From assembly GCF_029227855.1 (NCBI RefSeq), contig NZ_CP074356.1: DNA of 64,000 nucleotides; one strand, 5' to 3'. This stretch comes from Escherichia coli. GTDB lineage: Bacteria > Pseudomonadota > Gammaproteobacteria > Enterobacterales > Enterobacteriaceae. The translations under genes were made by a program, and so were the position numbers. Under the pieces are notes generated by a model that was not told where the DNA came from, did not search any database, and was given only the letters and a program-made list of their open reading frames with translations. Of the stretch, positions 23,229 to 39,186 are shown one piece after another (position 1 is the stretch's first letter; the number at the start of each line of letters is the position of its first letter).

Positions 23229-24406
23229 GAAACACTATTCTTCCTTGTTTCACTCTAGGAACGTCGACGATTTTTTTCTTTGCGATAGGTTTCTTCTTTG
23301 GTATAAATGAAAAATCTGATTTTATATTATTTACGATTACTTTACTTTCAACCATTGGAACTATTCTTCAAATTTCTTGGTATGGATTGTTACCTCGTTT
23401 GAGTTCGAGTTCAAGCTTAAAATTTTTAGGTTATATTATTTCTAATGGTTTTATCTACTGTTTGATCATAAATACCCTACCATTTGTGATTTTAACTCTG
23501 AACTTTACAAACTTTTTTTTTGCAGGGTGTCTCTACTCTTTATTTTTCCAACTGCATCAGTATCTTAAGAATGTTTTTGTTTATCTTGGGCGGCTTAAAG
23601 CATTTTATATTTTTGATGCCATCGGCTATGCCATATGTGTTATAAGTATTACTGTGTTCCAAAAATATCTATTACATTCAAACCCTCAGGATTTATTTGT
23701 TCTGCTTTCGTTATGTTGGCTTTTAATAGTAATTGGTGAGGTCGTACATCTTAAACTATATATTAATTATGACATATCTGTAAAGCCTGTTTATGTATGT
23801 ATTATTCCAACATGGAAAACAAGGATTGCAAACAGTGGTTTTATTGTGAAAGATCTTTTAACTGCGTATGCGCTTAATATACTTGCGCCGGTAGGCGGTT
23901 TAACTATATATTCATACGCAAGTAAGATTTCAACAGCTGTTTTTCAATTATTCTCTCAATATAAAGTAAATGCTTGGGTGGGCAGCATAAGAAAAAAAAG
24001 GTTAAGTGAAGTAGAATACGGTGATATAAAAAAAGTGTCATTATCTTCTTCAATTGATTTTTGTATTTTTCAGATCGTTGCATGGCTTTGTATCTTACCT
24101 ATTATATTATATAATGGCACAAATATAAATATTGAATGGTATGTATTAAGTATTATTACTGGTGGATTACTATACTTGATACAATCAATGGAACAGCCTT
24201 ATGCTAGATTTATTTATATGTCACGACATTTTACCGATATTGCCATCGCAGATGGAATAAATTTTATTATTTATATGGTTTTCTTTTCATATGGATTGTT
24301 AATGTTAAATGTATATTATCTATTTTTAGGTATTATATTAGCTCAATTATGTTCACTAGTTACTTATTCTTTATTTTGCAAGAGGTTGTTTAGGAATGAT
24401 ACCTAA
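23201..24406 (+). CDS. wzx: Putative O-antigen flippase Wzx (polytopic membrane protein)
   Basis: 401 aa hydrophobic ORF with many predicted TM segments; position within O-antigen cluster; the Wzx/Wzy assignment between the two membrane proteins is inference. Confidence 0.5.
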   Translation: MYNKILSKLRNTILPCFTLGTSTIFFFAIGFFFGINEKSDFILFTITLLSTIGTILQISWYGLLPRLSSSSSLKFLGYIISNGFIYCLIINTLPFVILTLNFTNFFFAGCLYSLFFQLHQYLKNVFVYLGRLKAFYIFDAIGYAICVISITVFQKYLLHSNPQDLFVLLSLCWLLIVIGEVVHLKLYINYDISVKPVYVCIIPTWKTRIANSGFIVKDLLTAYALNILAPVGGLTIYSYASKISTAVFQLFSQYKVNAWVGSIRKKRLSEVEYGDIKKVSLSSSIDFCIFQIVAWLCILPIILYNGTNINIEWYVLSIITGGLLYLIQSMEQPYARFIYMSRHFTDIAIADGINFIIYMVFFSYGLLMLNVYYLFLGIILAQLCSLVTYSLFCKRLFRNDT

Positions 24407-25052
24407 AATAATACATTACTGTTGGTTCGGGGGCGGGGATAAACCTGCTTTAGTTAAAAAATGTATGGGGACATGGGAAAAAGTCTTGCCTGGTTGGGAT
24501 ATTATTGAATGGAACGAAGATAATTCGCCAGTATCAGTTCCTTATGTAAAAAATGCGTTAGAAGATAAACGATATGCATTTGCTGCTGATTATGTAAGAT
24601 TCTATGCGCTAAAAACCATGGGAGGAGTTTATCTTGATACTGATATGGAATTGATCAAAGATATTTCTCCGCTTTTGAATAATAAATTCTTTACAGCGAA
24701 AGAATCAGAGGAGCTTATTAATGCAGCAATAATGGGGAGTGAAAAAGATGGGAGATTTGTCAATTTAGTAATCCAAGAATTACAATTGCGCACAGGACAT
24801 ACTTACGAATCTATACCAAAAATACTTACTGATATATTTAATACAGGAAATGGATTTAAAGATGAAACAACCATTTATGATAAGGAATATTTTTATCCTT
24901 ATAATCCCTTTGATAATAAACGAAATGAAGTTAAACAACTTTTCTATTGTGATATAACTCCTCATACTTATGCCATTCATCACTGGCAACAAAGTTGGCA
25001 CTATACATTTCTTGAACGGGTTATTAACAGAATAAGGATGCTTATAAAGTGA
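24396..25052 (+). CDS. Glycosyltransferase, GT32-like sugar-binding family (DXD motif)
   Basis: 218 aa; IIHYCWFGG N-terminus and YLDTDME motif. Confidence 0.7.
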   Translation: MIPKIIHYCWFGGGDKPALVKKCMGTWEKVLPGWDIIEWNEDNSPVSVPYVKNALEDKRYAFAADYVRFYALKTMGGVYLDTDMELIKDISPLLNNKFFTAKESEELINAAIMGSEKDGRFVNLVIQELQLRTGHTYESIPKILTDIFNTGNGFKDETTIYDKEYFYPYNPFDNKRNEVKQLFYCDITPHTYAIHHWQQSWHYTFLERVINRIRMLIK

Positions 25053-25819
25053 GTGGAAATAAATTAATAAGCATAATTATGGCATCAAATAAAATAGATG
25101 AGTTTCTACCTCTGGCAATAAACTCAATTCTTGAACAAACATATCAAAATATCGAAGTGATTTTTGTTGCTAATGGTGATAAAGCTCACTGTATTAGTTT
25201 GTATATAAAAAATTTTTTTAAAGATGAGCGAATCAAAATTTATGAAACACCAATAGGCCAACTATCACATGCGCTTAACCTCGCTATTTCTAACGCATCG
25301 GGTGATTATATTGCCCGCATGGATGCTGATGACATTAGTTTACCTGAGCGATTAACTAAACAGTTGGAATATTTAAGGTCACATAATTTAGATATGGTAG
25401 GTTCGGATATAATTCACATAGATACAAATGGAGAAGTTATTGGGATTAAACATTATCCCAAAGGGTTAAATAAAATTAACAAACAATTGTATTTTAGGAA
25501 TACTTTTTCGCATAGCACTATACTAATCAAAAAAAAAATACTCATTTCAGCGAGAGGCTACAATGCTGGATTTAATTCAGAGGACTATGATCTCTGGTTA
25601 AGATTAAGACGGAAGAATATCAAATGGGATAATATGGAGGAATGCCTCTTAAAATATCGTATACATAGTGCATCTACACAAAGGAAGAGATTGGGTTACG
25701 CCGAAGTCGCGGGTTATTCTCTACGTGAATTTTTATTACGTTTCTCATTTATTGGTATTTTTTCTGTTTTAATTCATATTGTTAAAGTTTATATTAAATC
25801 ATCTTCTCATGAAGAATGA
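25049..25819 (+). CDS. Glycosyltransferase family 2 (O-antigen)
   Basis: 256 aa; GT2-like N-terminus and DADD motif; GTG start overlapping the upstream stop. Confidence 0.7.
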   Translation: MSGNKLISIIMASNKIDEFLPLAINSILEQTYQNIEVIFVANGDKAHCISLYIKNFFKDERIKIYETPIGQLSHALNLAISNASGDYIARMDADDISLPERLTKQLEYLRSHNLDMVGSDIIHIDTNGEVIGIKHYPKGLNKINKQLYFRNTFSHSTILIKKKILISARGYNAGFNSEDYDLWLRLRRKNIKWDNMEECLLKYRIHSASTQRKRLGYAEVAGYSLREFLLRFSFIGIFSVLIHIVKVYIKSSSHEE

Positions 25820-26010
25820 TTTATATTTTAGGATAATTAACTATTTAAATTAGAATCATTTGAGCAAACTTAGGTAACTCTATATAATACACAGCATTGC
25901 AAATGAGTAACATATTGGAATAGCCATTCAATGGTAATATTACAAATTGCTTTAATAATAATGGATCATTTAGCTATGGTGCAATATTTTCTTCTTGCGG
26001 AATTTTACCC

Positions 26011-27129
26011 ATGAAAATACTTCTAATAGGAAACCTCTCTGATACTATTGTATTATTCAGAGAGAAGTTAATAAGAGAGTTGATTAAAAAAAATATCACG
26101 GTTTATACATTAACGATGGATTCTAATCAAGAAAACTTCAACATCATTGCCAGCTACGGGGCCAAACCTGATTCATACTCTTTTTCTCGTTCAGGTACAA
26201 ATCCTTTTTCTGATATTTGGGATACATACAAATTAAATAAAAAAATAAAAAAAATAAAACCTGACGTTGTTCTTTCTTTTTTTCCAAAACCTGTTATTTA
26301 TGGTTCTTTAGCTGCTAAAATAGCAGGGGTGAAAAAAATATTTAGTCTCTTGGAAGGACTTGGTTTTTGCTATACGAATAATTCTAGTCCAATTAGTCTC
26401 AAAAGGAAGATATTAAAATGTATACAAACAATGCTATACAGAATTAGCTTGCCATTATGTAATAAAGTTTTTTTCTTAAACAAGGATGATTTTAATGATC
26501 TCATTATTGATAATAAAATAACCATAAAGAATTATGAAATAATTGGTGGAATTGGTGTTAATTTAGAAGAGTACAGTTATAAGCAACCAAAGATTGATAA
26601 AATACATTTTGGGATGGTTTCGCGATTACTAGTCGAGAAAGGTATTCGCGAATTTGTTTTGGCCGCGAGCCAGGTGAAAAAAAAATTTCCTGAGGTCGAA
26701 TTTAGTATTGCTGGCGCAATTGATGATAATCCTGGTGGTATAACCGAAGATGAGATAAAAAAATGGGAATCAGAGGGGGTTGTCAAATTTTTAGGTCAAG
26801 TTTCTAATGTTAAAAGTTATTTATCTAATATCTCTGTTTTCGTTTTGCCATCTTACCGAGAAGGCGTACCAAGAAGTACTCAAGAAGCGATGGCTATTGG
26901 GCTTCCAATAATTACAACTAATGTTCCTGGTTGTCGTGATACAATTATCAATATGGTAAATGGAATCATGATCCCACCATTTGATATTCAGTCTCTAGCG
27001 GACGCAATGGTATTTTTTATACAAAACCCTCAGAGTATAACAATAATGGGTAGAGAAAGTAGAATAATTGCAGAGAAAAAGTTTAATGAAATAGAAGCCG
27101 CGAATAAATTACTTAAATTAATAATCTAA
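26011..27129 (+). CDS. Glycosyltransferase family 4 (GT-B fold, O-antigen)
   Basis: 372 aa; C-terminal EGVPRSTQEAMAIGLPII resembles the GT4 EX7E region. Confidence 0.75.
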   Translation: MKILLIGNLSDTIVLFREKLIRELIKKNITVYTLTMDSNQENFNIIASYGAKPDSYSFSRSGTNPFSDIWDTYKLNKKIKKIKPDVVLSFFPKPVIYGSLAAKIAGVKKIFSLLEGLGFCYTNNSSPISLKRKILKCIQTMLYRISLPLCNKVFFLNKDDFNDLIIDNKITIKNYEIIGGIGVNLEEYSYKQPKIDKIHFGMVSRLLVEKGIREFVLAASQVKKKFPEVEFSIAGAIDDNPGGITEDEIKKWESEGVVKFLGQVSNVKSYLSNISVFVLPSYREGVPRSTQEAMAIGLPIITTNVPGCRDTIINMVNGIMIPPFDIQSLADAMVFFIQNPQSITIMGRESRIIAEKKFNEIEAANKLLKLII

Positions 27130-27159
27130 TATATAGATTAACATCTACCGGAGTGTTTT

Positions 27160-28179
27160 ATGGCTATTCTTGTTACTGGCGGAGTTGGTTATATCGCTTC
27201 GCACACTATTATAACTTTACTAGAAAAAGGTGAAGAAGTTATAATACTTGATAATTTATCAAATTCATTCTACGAATCTTTGCATAAAGTTAAAAAAATT
27301 ACCGGGTATGATAGTCGATTTTATAGAGGTGATATACTTGACAAAGAGCTCTTACGCAAAATATTCAAAGAAAACACTATTTCTGACGTAATTCATTTTG
27401 CAGGCTATAAATCTGTAAAAGAATCCATTTCTCACCCATTGAAATACTATCAAAATAACGTTTCTGGTACATTGTCATTAATAGATGCGATGGGGGAGGC
27501 TTGTGTAAAAAGTTTGATTTTTAGCTCATCAGCTACAGTATATGGTGAACCAGAAAGAATACCTTTAGATGAAAATTGCAGAATTGGAGGTACAACGAAT
27601 CCATACGGCACGTCCAAGTTATTCGTAGAAAAATTCCTTATTGATTATTCACATGCATTCCCTGATTTTAGAACTACCATCTTAAGATATTTCAACCCTG
27701 TCGGTGCTCATCCATCTGGTGAAATAGGGGAAGATCCCAATGGTATACCTAACAACTTAATGCCATATATATGTCAAGTTGCTATAGGGAAGCAACAACA
27801 CCTCACTATCTTTGGTAGCGATTATCCAACAAAAGATGGTACAGGTGTTCGTGATTATATCCATGTCATGGATCTTGCTGAAGGGCATGTTGCAGCGTTA
27901 GAACATCGAAATGAAGGAGCAAATTGCAAGATCTATAATCTCGGGACGGGCACAGGATACTCAGTACTGGAACTTGTTGATGCATTTCAAAGAGTTACTG
28001 CACGTAAAGTTCCATATGTATTCAGTAAACGACGACCTGGTGATATTGCTGAGTGTTGGTCTGATCCTTCTAAGGCTTATAGGGAACTTGGATGGAAAGC
28101 GAAGCGTGGGTTGGAAGAAATGGTTCGAGATGCCTGGAATTGGCAACAAAAGAATCCGAACGGTTATATAAAAGCATGA
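27160..28179 (+). CDS. gne: UDP-hexose 4-epimerase of the GalE/Gne family (likely UDP-GlcNAc/UDP-Glc 4-epimerase)
   Basis: 339 aa; Rossmann GGVGYIASH, catalytic YGTSK motif; located immediately upstream of gnd. Confidence 0.85.
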   Translation: MAILVTGGVGYIASHTIITLLEKGEEVIILDNLSNSFYESLHKVKKITGYDSRFYRGDILDKELLRKIFKENTISDVIHFAGYKSVKESISHPLKYYQNNVSGTLSLIDAMGEACVKSLIFSSSATVYGEPERIPLDENCRIGGTTNPYGTSKLFVEKFLIDYSHAFPDFRTTILRYFNPVGAHPSGEIGEDPNGIPNNLMPYICQVAIGKQQHLTIFGSDYPTKDGTGVRDYIHVMDLAEGHVAALEHRNEGANCKIYNLGTGTGYSVLELVDAFQRVTARKVPYVFSKRRPGDIAECWSDPSKAYRELGWKAKRGLEEMVRDAWNWQQKNPNGYIKA

Positions 28180-28297
28180 ATGCTCAATGGTATTTTTGTC
28201 AATCTTAAAAATTATCGATTTTATGTATCCTGAGTTAACATAGCATCTACATTGACCTGAGTTATGTTTCGCAGTATCACCCTGACAGGAGTAAACA

Positions 28298-29704
28298 ATG
28301 TCAAAGCAACAGATCGGCGTAGTCGGTATGGCAGTGATGGGGCGCAACCTTGCGCTCAACATCGAAAGCCGTGGTTATACCGTCTCTATTTTCAACCGTT
28401 CCCGTGAGAAGACGGAAGAAGTGATTGCCGAAAATCCAGGCAAGAAACTGGTTCCTTACTATACGGTGAAAGAGTTTGTTGAATCTCTGGAAACGCCTCG
28501 TCGCATCCTGTTAATGGTGAAAGCAGGTGCAGGCACGGATGCTGCTATTGATTCCCTCAAGCCGTACCTCGATAAAGGTGACATCATCATTGATGGTGGT
28601 AACACCTTCTTCCAGGACACCATTCGTCGTAACCGTGAGCTTTCTTCAGAAGGCTTTAACTTCATCGGTACCGGTGTCTCCGGTGGTGAAGAAGGTGCGC
28701 TGAAAGGTCCTTCCATTATGCCTGGTGGGCAGAAAGAAGCCTATGAACTGGTAGCGCCGATCCTGACCAAAATCGCCGCAGTAGCTGAAGACGGAGAGCC
28801 ATGCGTTACCTATATTGGTGCCGATGGTGCAGGTCACTATGTGAAGATGGTTCACAACGGTATTGAATACGGTGATATGCAACTGATTGCTGAAGCCTAT
28901 TCTCTCCTGAAAGGCGGCCTGAATCTCTCTAACGAAGAACTGGCACAGACCTTTACCGAGTGGAATAACGGTGAACTGAGTAGCTATCTGATCGACATCA
29001 CCAAAGATATCTTCACCAAAAAAGATGAAGACGGTAACTACCTGGTTGATGTGATCCTGGATGAAGCAGCAAACAAAGGTACGGGCAAATGGACCAGCCA
29101 GAGCGCGCTGGATCTCGGCGAACCACTGTCTCTGATTACCGAGTCTGTGTTTGCACGTTATATCTCTTCTCTGAAAGATCAGCGCGTTGCCGCATCTAAA
29201 GTTCTTTCTGGTCCGCAAGCGCAGCCGGCAGGCGACAAAGCTGAGTTCATTGAAAAAGTTCGCCGTGCGCTGTATCTGGGCAAAATCGTTTCTTACGCTC
29301 AGGGCTTTTCTCAGCTACGCGCCGCGTCTGAAGAGTACAATTGGGATCTGAACTACGGCGAAATCGCGAAGATTTTCCGTGCTGGTTGCATCATCCGTGC
29401 GCAGTTCCTGCAGAAAATCACCGATGCATATTCCGAAAACCCGCAGATCGCTAACCTGCTGCTGGCTCCGTACTTCAAGCAAATTGCCGATGACTACCAG
29501 CAGGCGCTGCGTGATGTCGTTGCTTATGCGGTACAGAACGGTATCCCGGTTCCGACCTTCGCCGCTGCGGTTGCCTATTATGACAGCTACCGTGCTGCTG
29601 TTCTGCCTGCGAATCTGATCCAGGCTCAGCGTGACTATTTTGGTGCGCATACTTATAAGCGCATTGATAAAGAAGGTGTGTTCCATACTGAATGGCTGGA
29701 TTAA
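28298..29704 (+). CDS. gnd: 6-phosphogluconate dehydrogenase, decarboxylating
   Basis: 468 aa; [28 protein letters not shown]-terminus; matches recalled Gnd. Confidence 0.97.
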   Translation: MSKQQIGVVGMAVMGRNLALNIESRGYTVSIFNRSREKTEEVIAENPGKKLVPYYTVKEFVESLETPRRILLMVKAGAGTDAAIDSLKPYLDKGDIIIDGGNTFFQDTIRRNRELSSEGFNFIGTGVSGGEEGALKGPSIMPGGQKEAYELVAPILTKIAAVAEDGEPCVTYIGADGAGHYVKMVHNGIEYGDMQLIAEAYSLLKGGLNLSNEELAQTFTEWNNGELSSYLIDITKDIFTKKDEDGNYLVDVILDEAANKGTGKWTSQSALDLGEPLSLITESVFARYISSLKDQRVAASKVLSGPQAQPAGDKAEFIEKVRRALYLGKIVSYAQGFSQLRAASEEYNWDLNYGEIAKIFRAGCIIRAQFLQKITDAYSENPQIANLLLAPYFKQIADDYQQALRDVVAYAVQNGIPVPTFAAAVAYYDSYRAAVLPANLIQAQRDYFGAHTYKRIDKEGVFHTEWLD

Positions 29705-29729
29705 TCTGATTTAACCAACAATAAATTGA

Positions 29730-29760
29730 GGCCCGGCGTATATTACGCCGGGCTTTTTTG
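29730..29760 (+). terminator. Rho-independent terminator downstream of gnd
   Basis: gcccggcg tatatta cgccgggc stem-loop followed by a run of six T. Confidence 0.8.
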
Positions 29761-30470
29761 TGCACAGAAAACCCCCAGCTAGGCTGGGGGTTCCGGAAAG
29801 CTTTCAGCTTTGAGCCAGTTATTAAAACCCCTTTTGATTTGTTAAAACACTTTGCGGTCTGGCAACTGCAAGTGTCAAACAAGAAATCAAAAGGGGGTCC
29901 CAATGGGGAACGAAAAGAGCTTAGCGCACACCCGATGGAACTGTAAATATCACATAGTTTTTGCGCCAAAATACCGAAGACAGGTGTTCTACAGAGAGAA
30001 GCGTAGAGCAATAGGCAGTATTTTGAGAAAGCTGTGTGAGTGGAAAAGCGTACGGATTCTGGAAGCTGAATGCTGTGCAGATCATATCCATATGCTTGTG
30101 GAGATCCCGCCCAAAATGAGCGTATCCGGCTTTATGGGATATCTGAAAGGGAAAAGCAGTCTGATGCTTTACGAGCAGTTTGGTGATTTGAAATTCAAAT
30201 ACAGGAACAGGGAGTTCTGGTGCAGAGGGTACTACGTCGATACGGTGGGTAAGAACACGGCGAAGATACAGGATTACATAAAGCACCAGCTTGAAGAGGA
30301 TAAAATGGGAGAGCAGTTATCGATTCCCTATCCGGGCAGCCCGTTTACGGGCCGTAAGTAACGAAGTTGGATGCAAATGTCAGATCGTGTGCGCCTGTTA
30401 GGGCGCGGCTGGTAAGAGAGCCTTATAGGCGCATTTGAAAAACCTCCGGCTATGCCGGAGGATATTTATT
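29761..30470 (+). mobile_element. IS200-type insertion sequence (IS200/IS605 family), boundaries approximate
   Basis: About 0.7 kb with a single Y1 HUH transposase ORF; left-end hairpin acccccagctaggctggggg and right-end hairpin cctccggctatgccggagg; no terminal inverted repeats, as expected for IS200. Confidence 0.75.
29903..30361 (+). CDS. tnpA: IS200 transposase TnpA (Y1 HUH)
   Basis: 152 aa from MGNEKSLAHTRWNCKYHIVFAPKYRRQVFY; HIHMLVEIPP (HUH) motif; essentially the recalled Salmonella IS200 TnpA. Confidence 0.92.
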   Translation: MGNEKSLAHTRWNCKYHIVFAPKYRRQVFYREKRRAIGSILRKLCEWKSVRILEAECCADHIHMLVEIPPKMSVSGFMGYLKGKSSLMLYEQFGDLKFKYRNREFWCRGYYVDTVGKNTAKIQDYIKHQLEEDKMGEQLSIPYPGSPFTGRK

Positions 30471-30654
30471 TTTACCAATTATCTTATAGACTAAATTTCA
30501 CTGCTTAATATTAACTTAATAAATATCAGCTATTCTTATAAAGAAATTCTGAATTGTTTTTCGTTGCGTTGACCATCCAACAACGTAGCGTTAAAACTTT
30601 TAGCTCTTATCAGGATGCTAAAAACATCATGATTCACAGTTAAGTTAATTCTGA

Positions 30655-31830
<1,176 letters not shown>

Positions 31831-31975
31831 CATCCTGTTATCAGGGCTATTTACGCCCTGATTGTCTTTTGTTACTTGCGTAACAATTCATTATTTTTAT
31901 CAATTATCCTATAGCATTCATGAGGATTATCGCTAAACTATGCGGACTTGGAAATTTCCGTCAGTTAGGGTAATG

Positions 31976-32956
31976 ATGAGAGTAGAAAATAATAATGTTT
32001 CTGGGCAAAACCATGACCCGGAACAGATTGATTTGATTGATTTACTAGTGCAGTTGTGGCGTGGCAAGATGACAATCATCATTTCCGTCATTGTGGCTAT
32101 TGCCCTGGCTATTGGATATTTGGCAGTAGCGAAGGAGAAATGGACGTCAACAGCAATTATCACTCAGCCCGATGTGGGGCAAATTGCTGGCTATAACAAT
32201 GCCATGAATGTTATCTATGGTCAGGCTGCACCGAAAGTATCGGATTTGCAGGAGACGTTAATTGGTCGCTTCAGTTCTGCCTTCTCTGCATTAGCAGAAA
32301 CGCTGGATAATCAGGAAGAACCAGAAAAACTTACCATCGAACCTTCTGTTAAGAACCAGCAATTACCATTGACTGTTTCTTATGTTGGGCAAACTGCAGA
32401 GGGCGCACAAATGAAGTTGGCCCAATACATTCAGCAAGTTGACGATAAAGTGAATCAAGAGTTAGAAAAGGATCTCAAGGACAACATTGCTCTGGGACGG
32501 AAAAACTTGCAGGACTCTTTAAGAACGCAGGAAGTGGTTGCGCAGGAGCAGAAAGATCTGCGTATCCGTCAGATTCAGGAAGCGTTGCAGTATGCGAATC
32601 AGGCGCAGGTGACAAAACCGCAGATTCAACAGACTGGCGAAGATATCACACAAGATACGTTGTTCCTTTTGGGGAGCGAAGCGCTGGAGTCGATGATTAA
32701 GCATGAGGCGACTCGTCCGTTGGTGTTCTCACCAAACTACTATCAGACACGTCAAAACCTGCTGGATATCGAAAGCTTAAAAGTTGATGATCTTGATATT
32801 CATGCTTACCGTTATGTGATGAAACCGACGTTACCTATTCGTCGCGATAGCCCGAAAAAGGCAATTACCTTGATTCTGGCAGTGCTGCTGGGTGGCATGG
32901 TTGGCGCGGGGATTGTGCTGGGGCGTAACGCTCTGCGTAATTACAACGCGAAGTAA
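31976..32956 (+). CDS. wzzB: O-antigen chain-length determinant WzzB
   Basis: 326 aa from MRVENNNVSGQNHDPEQIDLIDLL; the ORF track start at 31940 is an upstream extension. Confidence 0.93.
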   Translation: MRVENNNVSGQNHDPEQIDLIDLLVQLWRGKMTIIISVIVAIALAIGYLAVAKEKWTSTAIITQPDVGQIAGYNNAMNVIYGQAAPKVSDLQETLIGRFSSAFSALAETLDNQEEPEKLTIEPSVKNQQLPLTVSYVGQTAEGAQMKLAQYIQQVDDKVNQELEKDLKDNIALGRKNLQDSLRTQEVVAQEQKDLRIRQIQEALQYANQAQVTKPQIQQTGEDITQDTLFLLGSEALESMIKHEATRPLVFSPNYYQTRQNLLDIESLKVDDLDIHAYRYVMKPTLPIRRDSPKKAITLILAVLLGGMVGAGIVLGRNALRNYNAK

Positions 32957-32974
32957 TCTTTTCGGTTTTAAAGA

Positions 32975-33040
32975 AAACGGGCAGGGTGGTGACACCTTGC
33001 CCGTTTTTTTTGCCGGATGCGACAACAACATCGCATCCGC
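32975..33040. terminator. Bidirectional terminator region between convergent wzzB and hisI
   Basis: cgggcagggtggtgacaccttgcccg hairpin flanked by A and T runs, plus a second hairpin ggatgcgacaacaacatcgcatcc. Confidence 0.7.
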
Positions 33041-33052
33041 TCAGCACGCCAC

Positions 33053-33657
33053 TCACTGATGCCGTTTACGCAGGTTCTCAATTACCGTCGTTAAATCCAG
33101 ATCCTGATCCTGCAACAACACCAGCAGGTGATACATCAAGTCAGATGCTTCGTTGGTCAGTTCAAAGCGGTCATGCACCGTTGCGGCCAGTGCGGTTTCC
33201 ACGCCTTCTTCGCCCACTTTCTGCGCAATGCGTTTGGTGCCGCTGGCATACAGTTTGGCTGTGTAAGAGGTTTCCGGGTCGGCAGATTTGCGTTCGGCGA
33301 GCAGTTGTTCCAGTTGATACAGGAACAGCCACTGGTGAGCGGTGTCGCCGAAGCAGCTGCTGGTACCTTTGTGGCAGGTTGGCCCGATTGGATTTGCCAG
33401 CACCAGTAACGTGTCGTTGTCGCAGTCCGGAGCAATACTCACCACATTGAGAAAATTGCCCGACGTTTCGCCTTTGGTCCACAGTCGCTGTTTAGTGCGC
33501 GAGAAGAAGGTGACATTGCCGCTTTCGATGGTTTTGTCCAGAGCTTCCGGGGTCATATAGCCCAGCATTAACACTTCGCCAGATACCGCGTGTTGCACAA
33601 TCACCGGCATAAGTCCGTCGGTTTTTTCCCAGTCCAGTTCGCGACGTTGTTGTTCTG

Positions 33658-33664
<7 letters not shown>
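33053..33664 (-). CDS. hisI: Bifunctional phosphoribosyl-AMP cyclohydrolase / phosphoribosyl-ATP pyrophosphatase
   Basis: 203 aa; matches recalled HisIE; last gene of the his operon. Confidence 0.95.
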
Positions 33665-35742
<2,078 letters not shown>

Positions 35743-35743
<1 letters not shown>

Positions 35744-36809
35744 TACAGCACTCCTTTCGACGAGGGCAGAGTATCGCCTTCCACGCGGATGGCCTGGCGC
35801 AGGGTGCGACCAAAGGCTTTAAAGAGACTCTCTACACGGTGATGATCGTTTTTACCTTTGGTTTTCAGGTGCAACGTCACGCCCATGGTGTAAGAGAGCG
35901 AACGGAAGAAGTGCTCGATCATTTCAGTGCTGAGATCGCCCACGCGCTGGTAGGTAAATTCAGCTTTATATTCCAGGTGCGGGCGACCAGAGATATCCAG
36001 CGCGCAGCGGGCAAGGCATTCGTCCATCGGCAGCACAAAACCAAAGCGGCAAATACCGCGTTTGTCGCCAAGAGCAATTTTTAACGCTTCGCCCAGCGCC
36101 AGGCCGGTATCTTCGACGGTGTGGTGATCGTCGATATAGAGGTCGCCTTTGACGTTGATTTCCATGCGGAAACCGCCGTGGGTAGCGATCTGATCCAGCA
36201 TGTGATCAAAGAAGCCAACACCGGTGTTAATCTTGCTGCCACCTTCGCGATCCAGCCACACCTGGACGTCAATTTGCGTCTCTTTGGTGTTGCGCACTAC
36301 ATGGGCGTAACGGTCTCGTTTAGTGAGCTGCTCGCCAATCATTGGCCAGTTCAGGGTTTCGCGGTCATAGCGTAAACCATTAATGCCCATGTTTTCCGCC
36401 AGCTGAATATCGGTCGCGCGATCGCCAATCACATAACTATTGGCACGATCCATCGCTTGCTCAGCGAGATAACGCTCCACCAGTTTTACTTTCGGCTTAC
36501 GGCAGTCGCACTCATCGGCGGGCAGGTGAGGACAAATCAGCACTTCATCAAACTGCACGCCTTGCGAGGTGAAGATCTGCATCATCAGGTTGTGCGGGCC
36601 ATCAAAATCCTCCTGCGGGAAACTTTGTGTTCCAAGACCATCCTGATTAGTGATCATCACCAGCTTGTAGCCCGCTTTTTGCAGCTTCAGCAGCTCCGGG
36701 ATCACGCCTGGTTCAAAGGCGAGTTTGTCAAAACGGTCCACCTGAAAATCACTCGGCGGTTCGCTAATCAGGGTTCCATCGCGATCGATAAAAAGATACT
36801 TCTGACTCA

Positions 36810-36810
<1 letters not shown>
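35743..36810 (-). CDS. hisB: Bifunctional histidinol-phosphatase / imidazoleglycerol-phosphate dehydratase
   Basis: 355 aa from [19 protein letters not shown]; HAD phosphatase N-domain plus IGPD C-domain. Confidence 0.96.
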
Positions 36811-39181
<2,371 letters not shown>

Positions 39182-39186
39182 GGCGA

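Noticed and set aside
23513-26684. Homopolymeric A/T tracts of 8 to 10 nt inside O-antigen genes (for example T9 at 23513..23521, A10 at 25539..25548, A9 at 26676..26684) as possible slipped-strand phase-variation sites
   Set aside because: Such runs are expected by chance in DNA this AT-rich, and homopolymer-mediated phase variation of O-antigen genes is not an established mechanism in E. coli. They would only be of interest if length polymorphism were seen across isolates.
29852-29902. Upstream extension of the IS200 tnpA ORF (track start at 29852)
   Set aside because: The ATG at 29903 gives the canonical 152-aa TnpA; the extension would run into the IS200 left-end hairpin region.
32986-33450. 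154-aa plus-strand ORF overlapping hisI
   Set aside because: Antisense to hisI with proline/arginine-rich composition; artefact.
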